Origin: Dimargaris cristalligena
Taxonomy: Eukaryota
Direction: 5' to 3'
Assembly: GCA_003614675.1 (NCBI GenBank)
Contig: ML002377.1
Location: 1-35,559, forward strand
Length of the DNA stretch: 35,559 nt
The translations under genes and the position numbers were made by a program. The notes below the pieces were generated by a model. That model saw only the letters and a list, made by a program, of their open reading frames with translations, was not told where the DNA came from and did not search any database. Positions 1 through 9,871 of this stretch are shown here, piece by piece (position 1 is the first letter of the stretch; the number at the start of each line of letters is the position of its first letter).

Positions 1-158
1 CCATCTATCTTTTCATTTAGGCTTCCTCTTTCGAGTATAAATACTCCCACTTACTGCCACCTCTTGGAACAGCAAGTCTATCATCACCTTTCCCTTTTTT
101 ATCACCTATCTTTTCGAATAAAGTTCAGTTTTCAAGGATTTGAGTTTAGTTCTTTACA
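1..158 (+). mobile_element. Possible 3' portion of an LTR (truncated by the window edge)
   Basis: TATAAATA at ~36-43, then a pyrimidine-rich tract, AATAAA at ~117-122, and an end in TTACA at 154-158. This is the U3-R-U5...CA order typical of LTRs. The 5' TG end and any partner LTR are not visible. Confidence 0.3.
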
Positions 159-319
159 TAAGGGTATAAAATATAATAATAGGAAAAACCATATAATAAT
201 GAAAATAGAGGAAAAATGACTATACTCATCAGGGGTAGGGGTTCATTCACTCGTTAGGGGCGTACTTTTGATAAGTGCGAAAAATGGATTAAAAATAAAA
301 GTAAGTAAAAAATGTAGTA

Positions 320-968
320 AGTTCACCACACTATCTACTATTAGAAGCCTATCCTTAGGACTCTTGATGGACTAAGAAAGGTTAACCCAGGTGACAATTA
401 TATATGCTAATTCAACCAGGCTCCTAACCCTAGTCACCCATAATATTAGACACTATTATTCTATAGTACCTTTTCTATACTGGTACCTAGTGGTGTATTG
501 ATCAGCTTACAAGACCCTAGCCTGTCCTTAAAGCTATTATATGTTTTACCTTGTACATTAATCCAACAGCATTAGATGTTCCCATCTGAGTTAAATGAGC
601 ACTAGTAGATATTGTCTGGTAATGTTATTGAAGCACTAAGACCCGGTGCACTGGTGGGGCCATGGTATTATGTTATTTTCTTAGTTACACCAGTGATCAT
701 GGCTGAGATTCAGCCCTATTGCTAGATCAATGAATCTTGGACAGCAGAAAGGCAGTATATCAAACTTGGTGGCTACTAAACAAATAACAATTACTACTTG
801 ACAGTAATAGAGAATGGGTTGGGGTAATGAGTGATTGCTCGACTTATATACTTGGCTGAAAAAAAACATAGATTTCAAGTCAATCAGAGCCACTGGGTCT
901 AAATATATTATGGGAAGGTGGCTACTGTAGCATACCCAAAATTTATGAACACTGGATGTAGGTATCAT
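320..968 (-). mobile_element. Degenerate Ty3/Gypsy-like retrotransposon pol relic (aspartic protease and start of the RT region)
   Basis: ORF 681..968(-) has VALIDLKSMFFFSQ, resembling retropepsin ALIDSGST..FIS; codons TTG and ATG are each one CpG transition from TCG (Ser) and ACG (Thr). It also has FDILP...DLAIGLNLSHDH, resembling F.VL...D.ILG.DWL..H. Downstream, broken frames give FKDRLGSCKLI, like the protease-RT linker. The region has many stops and strong CpG depletion. Confidence 0.55.
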
Positions 969-1152
969 TTTGACAAAGTCTGAACCAGTATATAGTACTT
1001 TCTAGTGTATAATGGGAGGATTCTATGTAATAAAACCTGAGTGTATCCGGTAAATATACATTAATAGACTATAGATAAATGGATATGACACTAAGCAAAC
1101 TGTATTTACTATAGACAGTATAATCAAATTGTAAGATTTATAATGTACAATA

Positions 1153-1291
1153 TGGGAGAAGTTTATTCAGGCTGTATAATGAAAAATCCATTGGATGAGG
1201 CCAATATTACTGGTTAAAAGCTATTTTCACATATTATTCACCCATATATGTATCATATAAAACCTTAAACAGCTGGTTTGAATTTCACCTA
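1153..1291 (+). mobile_element. MITE copy 1 (139 bp, imperfect TIRs, TA flanks)
   Basis: Begins TGGGAGAAGTTTATTCAGGCTGTATAA and ends TTAAACAGCTGGTTTGAATTTCACCTA. TA at 1151-1152 and 1292-1293. Aligns end-to-end with copies 2-4. Confidence 0.8.
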
Positions 1292-1561
1292 TATGTGGCA
1301 TCAGCTGTAAAAAACGTGCAGTTCAATGATGATTATATCGTGTCCAAAAAAGGACACTGCCTCACTTAAAAGGCCCTACCTACCTACCTTTGTGCTAAGC
1401 AGAAAAGTAATGGTGCAACCCTGAGAGATTCACAGAGAGAAAGTTTTACTGCTGAACAAAAATTAAAAATGAATGGTGTACTAGGGATAGAAATAGCTCA
1501 GACTTGGCTGCTTCGTTGATCAATTTATGGGAAAACACATGTGATGGAACAAAGTATAATA

Positions 1562-1699
1562 TGGCAGAAGTTCATCCAGGCTGTATAATGAATAATCCAT
1601 TTGATGAGGTAAATATTACTGGTTAAAAGTTTTTCTTGCACATATTATCCCATACATATATTGTGTAAAACCTTATACAGTTGGGTTGAACTACTCCCA
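1562..1699 (+). mobile_element. MITE copy 2 (138 bp, TA flanks)
   Basis: Begins TGGCAGAAGTTCATCCAGGCTGTATAA and ends TTATACAGTTGGGTTGAACTACTCCCA, an imperfect inverted repeat of the start. TA at 1560-1561 and 1700-1701. Confidence 0.85.
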
Positions 1700-2000
1700 T
1701 ATCCTACTAGATGAATCAAATGAGTTGGCAGTAATTGGCAAATTACACTACGGTATAAACTAGGTCTTAGTGGGGGCTATAAAGAATAAACTAGGCAACA
1801 AAGGCAATGTGGGACAGGGCTACCTCATATTGATTCGGGGCCTTCATATTCAGCTTTCCATTGTTAAATTATAGTGGAGTTCGGCAATAGAGACTGACTC
1901 ACCCAGGTATGTCACCCAGAAGAAGTTACATTAGAGGCCTTCTTCGCCATTAAAGAACCCACCATGAAAGGAGGGTCGCTGGACTAAAAAATGAACAGTA

Positions 2001-3856
2001 TCAAACTCCGCTAGTATTTCGTATAGTGGGGAATATTTCAACTTCCTCAGCTAAATCATCCCAACCATTACGCCTGAGGTTGTTTATTCTCGGATGGCAT
2101 AATATAGTATATCGTTTGACAATAGCAGGCGAGACGTTTCTATTTATATTCGATTCTCCAGGGCGCGTATACACTTCGTAGGTTTTTGCCTTGGCGATAT
2201 TCAGAAAATTACCCATCGTCTGGCCACATACCAGCAGTCGACTTTGCTAAAATTAGCTATGCCCGTTGGTTGACACCAATAAGTTGCACAGGTATTTATG
2301 AAGGAATAGTGGGTGCCTTGAACTATATTTATTTCAACCAAGGGCCATTTGATGCACAGTCCTTTGAATAAGTCAACTCATAAATAGCCGGATGCACAGT
2401 CGCGCTCGGATGGGAGGGGGGCATCTTAATGAGTGCTTTCTGCAAAGAAGAGCAGGAACCAACATAGCAACCGGCTGTAGCCATTGAATAACCCATGTTA
2501 CTCCACATCAGACTGACAGGGGTGAAGTTGGGGTACTGGAAGTCAGCCTGGCAGTATAGGTAGCGACTGCATAAAACATCAGCGACAATCATTATTCATT
2601 GAGATATCATGTATATATTCGCTGAAAATCACCAATGATGTACCCACCCAACAGTTAAAATACAACGGATCAACGTTGATCAAACGGCTTCCTTGAAGCA
2701 ACTGCGCTGGCAGTACAGCGCAGCGAGGAGTATTTCCGCAATCTACTAGAAGCAGTGATAAGTATTTATCGTCCCGTCGAAGTACAGTCCCAGGATTGAT
2801 ATTCACCACCCGACTGCGCAGAACAGTGTGGCTAGAATAGCTAACCCCGAGTGCTGACGGACCCACTAGCTGTAGTGAGTATGGCCACTGAAACAATAAA
2901 TATAACAGAGGAGGGGGGAGTGGTGAATGAAGATGGGTCAGAAGCACAAGTCGGATTAGGCAAAAGGGTCGCAGGAGCAGCTGATTCATGAGGGGATGGG
3001 GAAGCCAGGCCACTGAGGGAAAAGGGGGGATTGACCAACAATGGATAATGATAGCACCAAAAGAAAGAATAAAAGAGCCACCGAAAGATACTGGAAAGAA
3101 GGGGGAGTGTGAATAGCCAAGCAATCAGTGATAATTCCCTCTGTGACGATCAGCATTCTGTACCCAACAGTCCACGTTGCCCATTGCAATGGCCTGTCAA
3201 GGTTGCGTAAAATGAGCCGAGAGGAGCGGTAGGCAAGGAGAATATAGTCCCCCTGGGCTTGGAGCTCCACAGGAATGGGAAAAAATGCCCGTTGAATAAT
3301 AAACCGACGCAAGTGAGAAAAAAACTTGGAATATAAGGAATACGCCATAGGGCCGACTGGGGAGAGAGAGTAGGAAGGCCTAAATGCAATAAACAATGGA
3401 AAAATACAAAAGGAATCTTGGGGATAAAATAGGGCGGGATAATGGAACATGGAACAGGAAAAGGCTTGGTGAGACGGTTGAGTTAGAGGGATTCCACAGG
3501 TGGGGTGGCCCAATGGGAAAATCAAGGCCCTCGCGGCAGTTGGGTCTAGGTGGACTGAATGGGAGGGGGCTGTATCCTGCACTACACTGGGAACGGACTA
3601 GGTGACTGGAAAAAGGAGTCTTGCACAAAGTAAAAGGTGCAGAAAAAGGACAACCGGAGGAAACCGCGCGACACCCTGCTTCGTCTCCACCCACCCACAC
3701 TAACCGGAACTGATTCCGAAAGTGATTATGGTCAAGACGAGCCCAAATAAAGACGGAAAGTGCTAGATGAATAGGTTGGCTGGCCCTGCCATTGATAAAA
3801 AGGGGTCGGCAGGGGTGGCTCAAGGGGAGACCAAACCAATCAATCCTGAGGACCAA
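2001..3856 (-). other. Possible cryptic multi-exon gene or pseudogene of unknown function
   Basis: The minus strand has repeated pyrimidine tracts ending in YAG (near 3606, 3380, 2888, 2567, 2440, 2247), each followed by a short protein-like open stretch. One GTGGGT donor lies at ~2647. I could not build a complete consistent gene model. Confidence 0.25.
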
Positions 3857-4661
3857 GGGGAACGAGGGCCAGAGAATACAAGAGATGGAGCAGTGTGACA
3901 GGCTCCCAGGTCCATGGCACTTCCCCCTACTCTGCGTTGGATAAGGCCATTCGCGACGAACTTACCCCGGTCGACCAACCGGTTCGCTAGCTTTAGTCAT
4001 CCGCCGATGCGTACACCCCCCCCTCATCTCTTACCTCCGTCGTTTTGGCCGGTGGGATTGGAGAGAAGGTGTCGCCTTCCGGACTGGTACCCGACGTCGT
4101 TGCCGCAAGCGATGAGGTCAGCCATGCAGTTGAAGTGTGGGCGCCAAGATCCCCGCCCAGTCCTCCGTGCAGCAACTGAAACAGGCCCCCCCAGACGACC
4201 CACCAGGGTTGCGCAGGGCACTTAATGAATCTACCGTTCCTTCTCTTCATTTCGATTCCCCTTCCTGCTCTTGGGTACCGAAGGAATCCAACCAGCTGAC
4301 CTTCTCCCCCTTTAATAAAAAAGCCAAAGGACTTAAACGGATACGATAGCCATGGGGGTCATTTCACAACGACAGTCGTCCCATGCATTTAATGAAAACA
4401 CCATGCAGAATGGCCATTTGGAACTCAGCCAAGCGCAAAGTGCCGGATCGTTGGACAAGGGTCAAATGTACGACACGAGCCACGGCTGGTGGTTTCTACA
4501 GGGAGACCGGACCACGGGCCCACCCTGTTGCAGGGGTGGAGTGAGGAACTTCATTATAAAGTATGACCCACTGACCTGTAGGAAGCCAGAGACGTTCCCC
4601 ACAGGGTCATTATAAAAGAAGGAATAGGCACGTTCCAGAACTCGGGGTACGCTATGCTAAT

Positions 4662-4703
4662 TATGATTATAATTATAATCATATTATTATTATTATTATT
4701 ATT
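4662..4703. repeat. Perfect 22-bp AT palindrome followed by a (TAT)n microsatellite
   Basis: TATGATTATAATTATAATCATA (4662-4683) is its own reverse complement and is followed by TTATTATTATTATTATTATT. Confidence 0.85.
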
Positions 4704-5720
4704 AGTCCGAGAAAATACCCCACCGTGGATAAAAATGGATCAGGGCCGATGACCATACTACTGGTCAATGGCTTGGCAGTATGGTCACTGTCAATATAAA
4801 GCCGCGGTGCATGGAGCGGTGTGCATTGGCGGTTAATGAAATATCATATCCAACCAAGGCTCGTGCAACAAAGGTCTCATGCCGTGTGGCCCGCGTAGCA
4901 CTGGGGCACATACATGCGACTCGAAACTTCATTTTCAAACACCGCCACTTGCTCTGAACCGATCACAAGCCACACGCCCGGATAGATTCCGCAGAAGGGA
5001 AGCGGCTGCCGTTTAGGTGCCGCGGAGCTAATCATCGGCACCCACCAATAGTAAATAAAGATAGCGGGGCCTAAATGGGGATGTCTTTTGGGGCTGGGGT
5101 CCGTAATAGTGAAGAAACGGCGCAGTTGAATACTGAACGGGTGGGTAGGCCCATAATTGAACAATGTCCGCAGAGCTAATACGTGTATGGGGTCCAAAAG
5201 ACCACACGGCACTGCGTATAGAAGGATAACTTAACAGTTGGCGAAACAGCACCCCGGCTGGGGAAGCCAGTGAGGGAAAGGCCTCACCCAGTCTGGCTAG
5301 GGTAGATGGGGGTGTATGTGAGTGTGTGTATAGCTATGTATGTATATATGTATGTATATGGTGTACACCCCCAACTAGTCAACCCGGCGAGACTCCTTTC
5401 ACTTGCCCGGCCAGAAATAGATGAAGAGACAACCCTGCAAGGGAATAAGCCATAGTGATGGCTTTTTTTATTTGGTGACATCGACCACGACCAGTGATTG
5501 GTCAAATTGGTATTGTTTTTGTCGAGTGGGAAAAAAATACCTCCCACGGATGACCAGGGTGGTGGCGGTGCATATACTAACCCCCCCTCCCTCCCCATTA
5601 CTAAACATACATCCCAAACGAAAACAAAAACAACCTTGTCATCCCCTCCTCCCTCCCCCTTTTTCCCTCTCGCCTTTTCCCTCACTTCTTTCCTGGGTAT
5701 ATGCTGGTTACTCGCCGTCC

Positions 5721-5730
5721 TATATATAAA
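5721..5730 (+). promoter_or_regulatory. Putative TATA box of the Wee1-like gene
   Basis: TATATATAAA followed by a long CT-rich leader, ~480 bp upstream of ATG 6204. A second TA-rich tract lies at ~5993-6020. Confidence 0.4.
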
Positions 5731-6203
5731 CACAGTCTTCCCTTGCCTCCGGGGCTCCAGTTTCGCTCTTCACTGCCCCCTGAGTCCGTCGTCCTTTCCC
5801 CTCCCTTTGTCCCACCTTCTCCTTTTTCCCTCCTCTCTCTCTCTTTCTTTCCCAGCGCTCCTTACTAGGGTTCCATAGTCTTATTCTCTTTCTACTGTCT
5901 GCACTACATCTTTTTCACAGTTCGTCTATTTCTCATTTCTCGACCTAGCCCAGCCCAGCCCTATTCAGCCCACCCACTCCCACCCCCTCTCAATATATAT
6001 CTATAAATATATATATTTAAGCGAGCCGCCCTATTAACTTCCGCCAAACTCTTCCGAATTGCCTCAAAGCGTTCGTGATTCTTATTAGGATTTCCTCCCC
6101 TTCTTAGTCTACTGTCATCCTGCAACCCACCCTCTCTCATAAGAGACTGTCCACTGCCAGTCTGGCGCTCTCGTGCTCCAACCCCCTCCCCTACCACTCC
6201 ACA

Positions 6204-8291
6204 ATGGCCCTGACGCCTCCTAAGAAGGTTGGTCTGTCCAAGCTACCGTTATACGAGGACGATGTATTCTTCGCCACCCCGACCATCCCGGCCAATCGGG
6301 TCAAGAAGCGCACCCCTACTGGTTACGGCAAAGTCCTGTCGGCTGGCCCGAACAGCATCTTTAGCCCCAGTCTTTTCCAACGTTCGCCGTCCGACCGTAG
6401 GCTAAGTTCCCCCGACTCGCCGCTTCCCCCTTCCTCGCTTCAGTCGGAGAACTTCTTTACTCCCCAGCCTTCCAAGCTCGTAAAACCCTCCGCCAGCGCC
6501 TTTTTATCCACCGGTTTACTTTCCAAGCGCAACCGCCCGAAACCCGTAGATGTGGGTACCCCCAGTCTCGTCCCTGATACTCCCTGCAAGAAGACTCCGT
6601 CGCGATTCGCCTTTGCCACCACTGCCACCCCCGTTCGCAACACGCCTTTCGCCCCGAACAGTCGCCTGTCGTTTGGCTCTCCGCTCCCATCGGCCTTACC
6701 TTCCAAGAAACATCGTATTCCATCCCTGGAGTGTCTCAAAACCGTGAAGCGACCCCACCTGGGCTCGCCCGGCACACCCGATTCCGACTATTCTTTCCAA
6801 ATTCACTCCCCTATACACACCTCTTTCAGTGCCGGTCCTTTTAGCACTATTTTCTCTCCATCTGTTACCAAAGCTCCCCCACCAGCGTCTTTGCTCGACC
6901 CGCCGGCCCCATCCCCCTTTGACACCCCCTACACCCCTTCCCGTACGTTACCTTCTTCCCATTCTAAGGTGTCCGGCACCCAATCCCCCTTTTCGACTAC
7001 CCCTGCTTTAGGGCAGCCTGGCTGCCGTTATTCCGACGCATCGCTGGACGATGCGTTTACGGTTTACGAGTCCGGAAGCAACCGGGATTCGTGGATTTCC
7101 CTCACCGGTTCACCTTCTTCTGTCTCTTCTATTTCTACCCTACACTCTTACTCCACCGCCGCAGATGATTCACCTTCCAATTACTCCCGAACTAACGAAT
7201 GGGTCTATGGGAATCATACTGACGACCTAACCCTTCCCGTCAAGGATATGATGCAATGTGATGATTCGTCCCCGATTACCGCCCGCAAGTCACCCACCCT
7301 TCCCCAACACCCCCTTTCCCCCAATCTGCTCTATCTGACCGACTACCCCAATTTCCTCACCACCACCTTCTTTGAGCTGACCCAGAATGACCCCCACCGG
7401 TTGCCGCTGGGCCCTAACCGGATTGAATCCCCCATGGGTACGGTTCCCATGCCCCCTTCGGCCGAGAAGCCCGCCTCCTCCGATTACGTTGATTCCCAAT
7501 TCGTCATTCTCGATAACCTTGGTTCCGGGGAGTTCTCCGACGTCTTCAAGGTTCAAGACCGCGCCACCGGGTGTATGTACGCTATTAAGAAGACCAAGTT
7601 CCCCTTTAGCGGGCGTAAGGATCGTCTGAGACGCCTCGATGAAGTCCAAATTATGTGGGCCCTTGGTGCCCATCCCCATTGTGTGCAGCTGTTCAATGCA
7701 TGGGAGCAGCAAGGCCAGCTCTACCTCCAAACCGAACTCATGGACAACAGTAGCCTAGATCGCTTTTTGGATGACTATGGGCAGCACGAGCCCCTCAGCG
7801 AAGAACGAGTTTGGTACATTTTTTCTCATGTTGCCCTGGGCCTGAAGCATATGCACGATCTTAACATTCTTCACCTCGATGTCAAACCCGCCAACGTCTT
7901 TATATCTGAGGATTGGACCCTTAAGCTGGCAGATTTCGGAATGTCTGCTCGGTTGCCTCTGGCCGCAAACGAATTCGACCGGGAGGGTGATCGTGAGTAT
8001 ATTGCCCCCGAGGTACTTACTGGCTGTTACGACAAGCCCGCCGACATCTTTAGCTTGGGCCTGCTGTTGCTTGAAGTCACCGCTAATGTAGTGCTCCCTG
8101 ACAATGGCCCCGCCTGGCAGAAGTTACGCTCAGGGGACTTGTCTGATTGCCAGTTTGACGCGGGAACCTCCTCCGAGCTGGTGGATCTCATTACCGAAAT
8201 GCTTCAACCGCTTCCGGAGGACCGGCCTACCATTGACCAGATTGTTGGTCATCCGTGTGTTGCCAAAGCCCTCGCGAGTCTCACTTCATAG
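6204..8291 (+). CDS. wee1: Wee1/Swe1/Mik1-family CDK-inhibitory protein kinase (695 aa, intronless)
   Basis: C-terminal kinase domain with GSGEFSDV, YAIKK, HLDVKPAN, LADFG and the Wee1-family EGDREYIAPE activation segment. The S/P-rich N-terminus has many SP/TP sites and the FLSTGLLSK and PDTPCKK motifs seen in fungal Wee1/Swe1. Confidence 0.93.
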   Translation: MALTPPKKVGLSKLPLYEDDVFFATPTIPANRVKKRTPTGYGKVLSAGPNSIFSPSLFQRSPSDRRLSSPDSPLPPSSLQSENFFTPQPSKLVKPSASAFLSTGLLSKRNRPKPVDVGTPSLVPDTPCKKTPSRFAFATTATPVRNTPFAPNSRLSFGSPLPSALPSKKHRIPSLECLKTVKRPHLGSPGTPDSDYSFQIHSPIHTSFSAGPFSTIFSPSVTKAPPPASLLDPPAPSPFDTPYTPSRTLPSSHSKVSGTQSPFSTTPALGQPGCRYSDASLDDAFTVYESGSNRDSWISLTGSPSSVSSISTLHSYSTAADDSPSNYSRTNEWVYGNHTDDLTLPVKDMMQCDDSSPITARKSPTLPQHPLSPNLLYLTDYPNFLTTTFFELTQNDPHRLPLGPNRIESPMGTVPMPPSAEKPASSDYVDSQFVILDNLGSGEFSDVFKVQDRATGCMYAIKKTKFPFSGRKDRLRRLDEVQIMWALGAHPHCVQLFNAWEQQGQLYLQTELMDNSSLDRFLDDYGQHEPLSEERVWYIFSHVALGLKHMHDLNILHLDVKPANVFISEDWTLKLADFGMSARLPLAANEFDREGDREYIAPEVLTGCYDKPADIFSLGLLLLEVTANVVLPDNGPAWQKLRSGDLSDCQFDAGTSSELVDLITEMLQPLPEDRPTIDQIVGHPCVAKALASLTS

Positions 8292-9871
8292 TACATTCCC
8301 ACTCCCACGCCTTATTCCTATTATGTATTTTTCAATCTTACTTTATGTTTCCTTGCAATTACTTTTATATCAACACTGCATTTACATCGTCTTCCCTCCC
8401 TCGTTTCCATCAACCTTATTATTTTGGTGTGATTATTAGCTTCATAACTACGCCTATTCGCTATCATCCCTGCACATCCTTTTTAAATATTAGGCCTAGT
8501 TCTTTAACTGACAACTCACTTGTATCATACGTTTCCTTCTTCGGCCCTATTTGTATACGGCTGTGGAGGAAACCTTTCCCTTCTCTATTGTAACTCCATT
8601 GGACTTATTTTCAGTATCGTTGGTCCTTTTCAGACCTCTTCTCCCATCAACTCGCTGTTTGCTGAGCATTTTCTTTTTGCTGTACAATTCATCTCGTTTT
8701 TTTTTTCTCCTCAGCTTCTTCCCCATTCTTTGCGCCTTTTCGTTCTTCCACACTCATAACACGTTGGCTCTTACCTTTCTAGCCCCCAGTGAATAAAATT
8801 TAATAAATGCTAACTTTTTTACACCTAATTGACGCCGAGCTTTTTTTTTTCATTTTTTTTTTGAGGAGGGGGGATTTTTCATATATTTGTGATATTCATT
8901 GACTTTTCGAATGTAATCCTCGGTTCGTTCGAATTTCTTTACTTTAGAAACCATTGCCTATTTTTACAGTCGCCTGGGGGATTTCTAGCCCTGGTATTTT
9001 TGGGTTGATAGTCCATTCGAGGAATATTCATGCCTATATACTAGATTGTCTGTTCCAATATAAATTTGTGTGGATCATTTTTCCAGAGTGTACAAGGCAA
9101 GTGGCATAGGAATACTAATACTTTGTATCGCAATACTGTTTAATAGTCTATTTTGAGTCAATGATTTTCAAATAGATTTCGGCCAAGGGTTCATTCAACT
9201 ATATGACTATTATATTAAGGTACTGTACTAGTGAGTCCCTGTACGCTTGGACCAGGTAGAGCTCAGTGCGCTTGTTTAATACCTGAGTCATTGGCCAACC
9301 ATATGGCCACTTTTAGGACCAGTTACAGGTTAACCGATACCCCCCCCCGTTCTAAAATCAATTTCAATTAGACTCAGTTTCGTTCAGTTTCATTCCCGTC
9401 TTTGTGATTGGGAGTGAGGGAGGGAGGAGGGAGTACATGCATCCTGAATATAATAGAGTCGCATAAGGTGTCCTTAAGTACAATTGTTGTTTATATAGAA
9501 CGTGGTAGTAATTCATACTGGCGTGGGGGTTATGTAAACGCAGATAACTATTCCCTTTTATGTCTTGGCTGGAGCTTCGTTGATGGCAAGTAGCCCATAT
9601 AGCTAGGTGCTGCTCGCTCTCATGAATAGCAAAAAAAAGGGGGGTATAAATATAAACATGAATCTCCATTTATATCTCGATAGAGTTTCCATATTTTCTT
9701 CATTGTAAATTTAATAACCCTAGACGATTAGTTGTAATTCTGTAGTTGGGTATTTCGTTTCGACTTAATGGCCAAGGCGGACCAACGTGGGGGGAGGGAA
9801 GTTCCAATGGATAACTTAGAGCTACAGGAGGCCGCCGGGGTGCGCAGCCTATCTATATATCTATCCATCAG

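Noticed and set aside
1326-1456. ATGATGA...CTGA pair between MITE copies 1 and 2
   Set aside because: It lies in decayed repeat DNA, has no guide sequence, and the apparent stem overlaps the box itself.
1153-1699. Two nearby ~140-bp direct repeats as an LTR pair or CRISPR-like array
   Set aside because: Each unit has its own TIRs and TSD and recurs elsewhere in the window, so they are independent MITE insertions. The context is eukaryotic and there are no cas genes.
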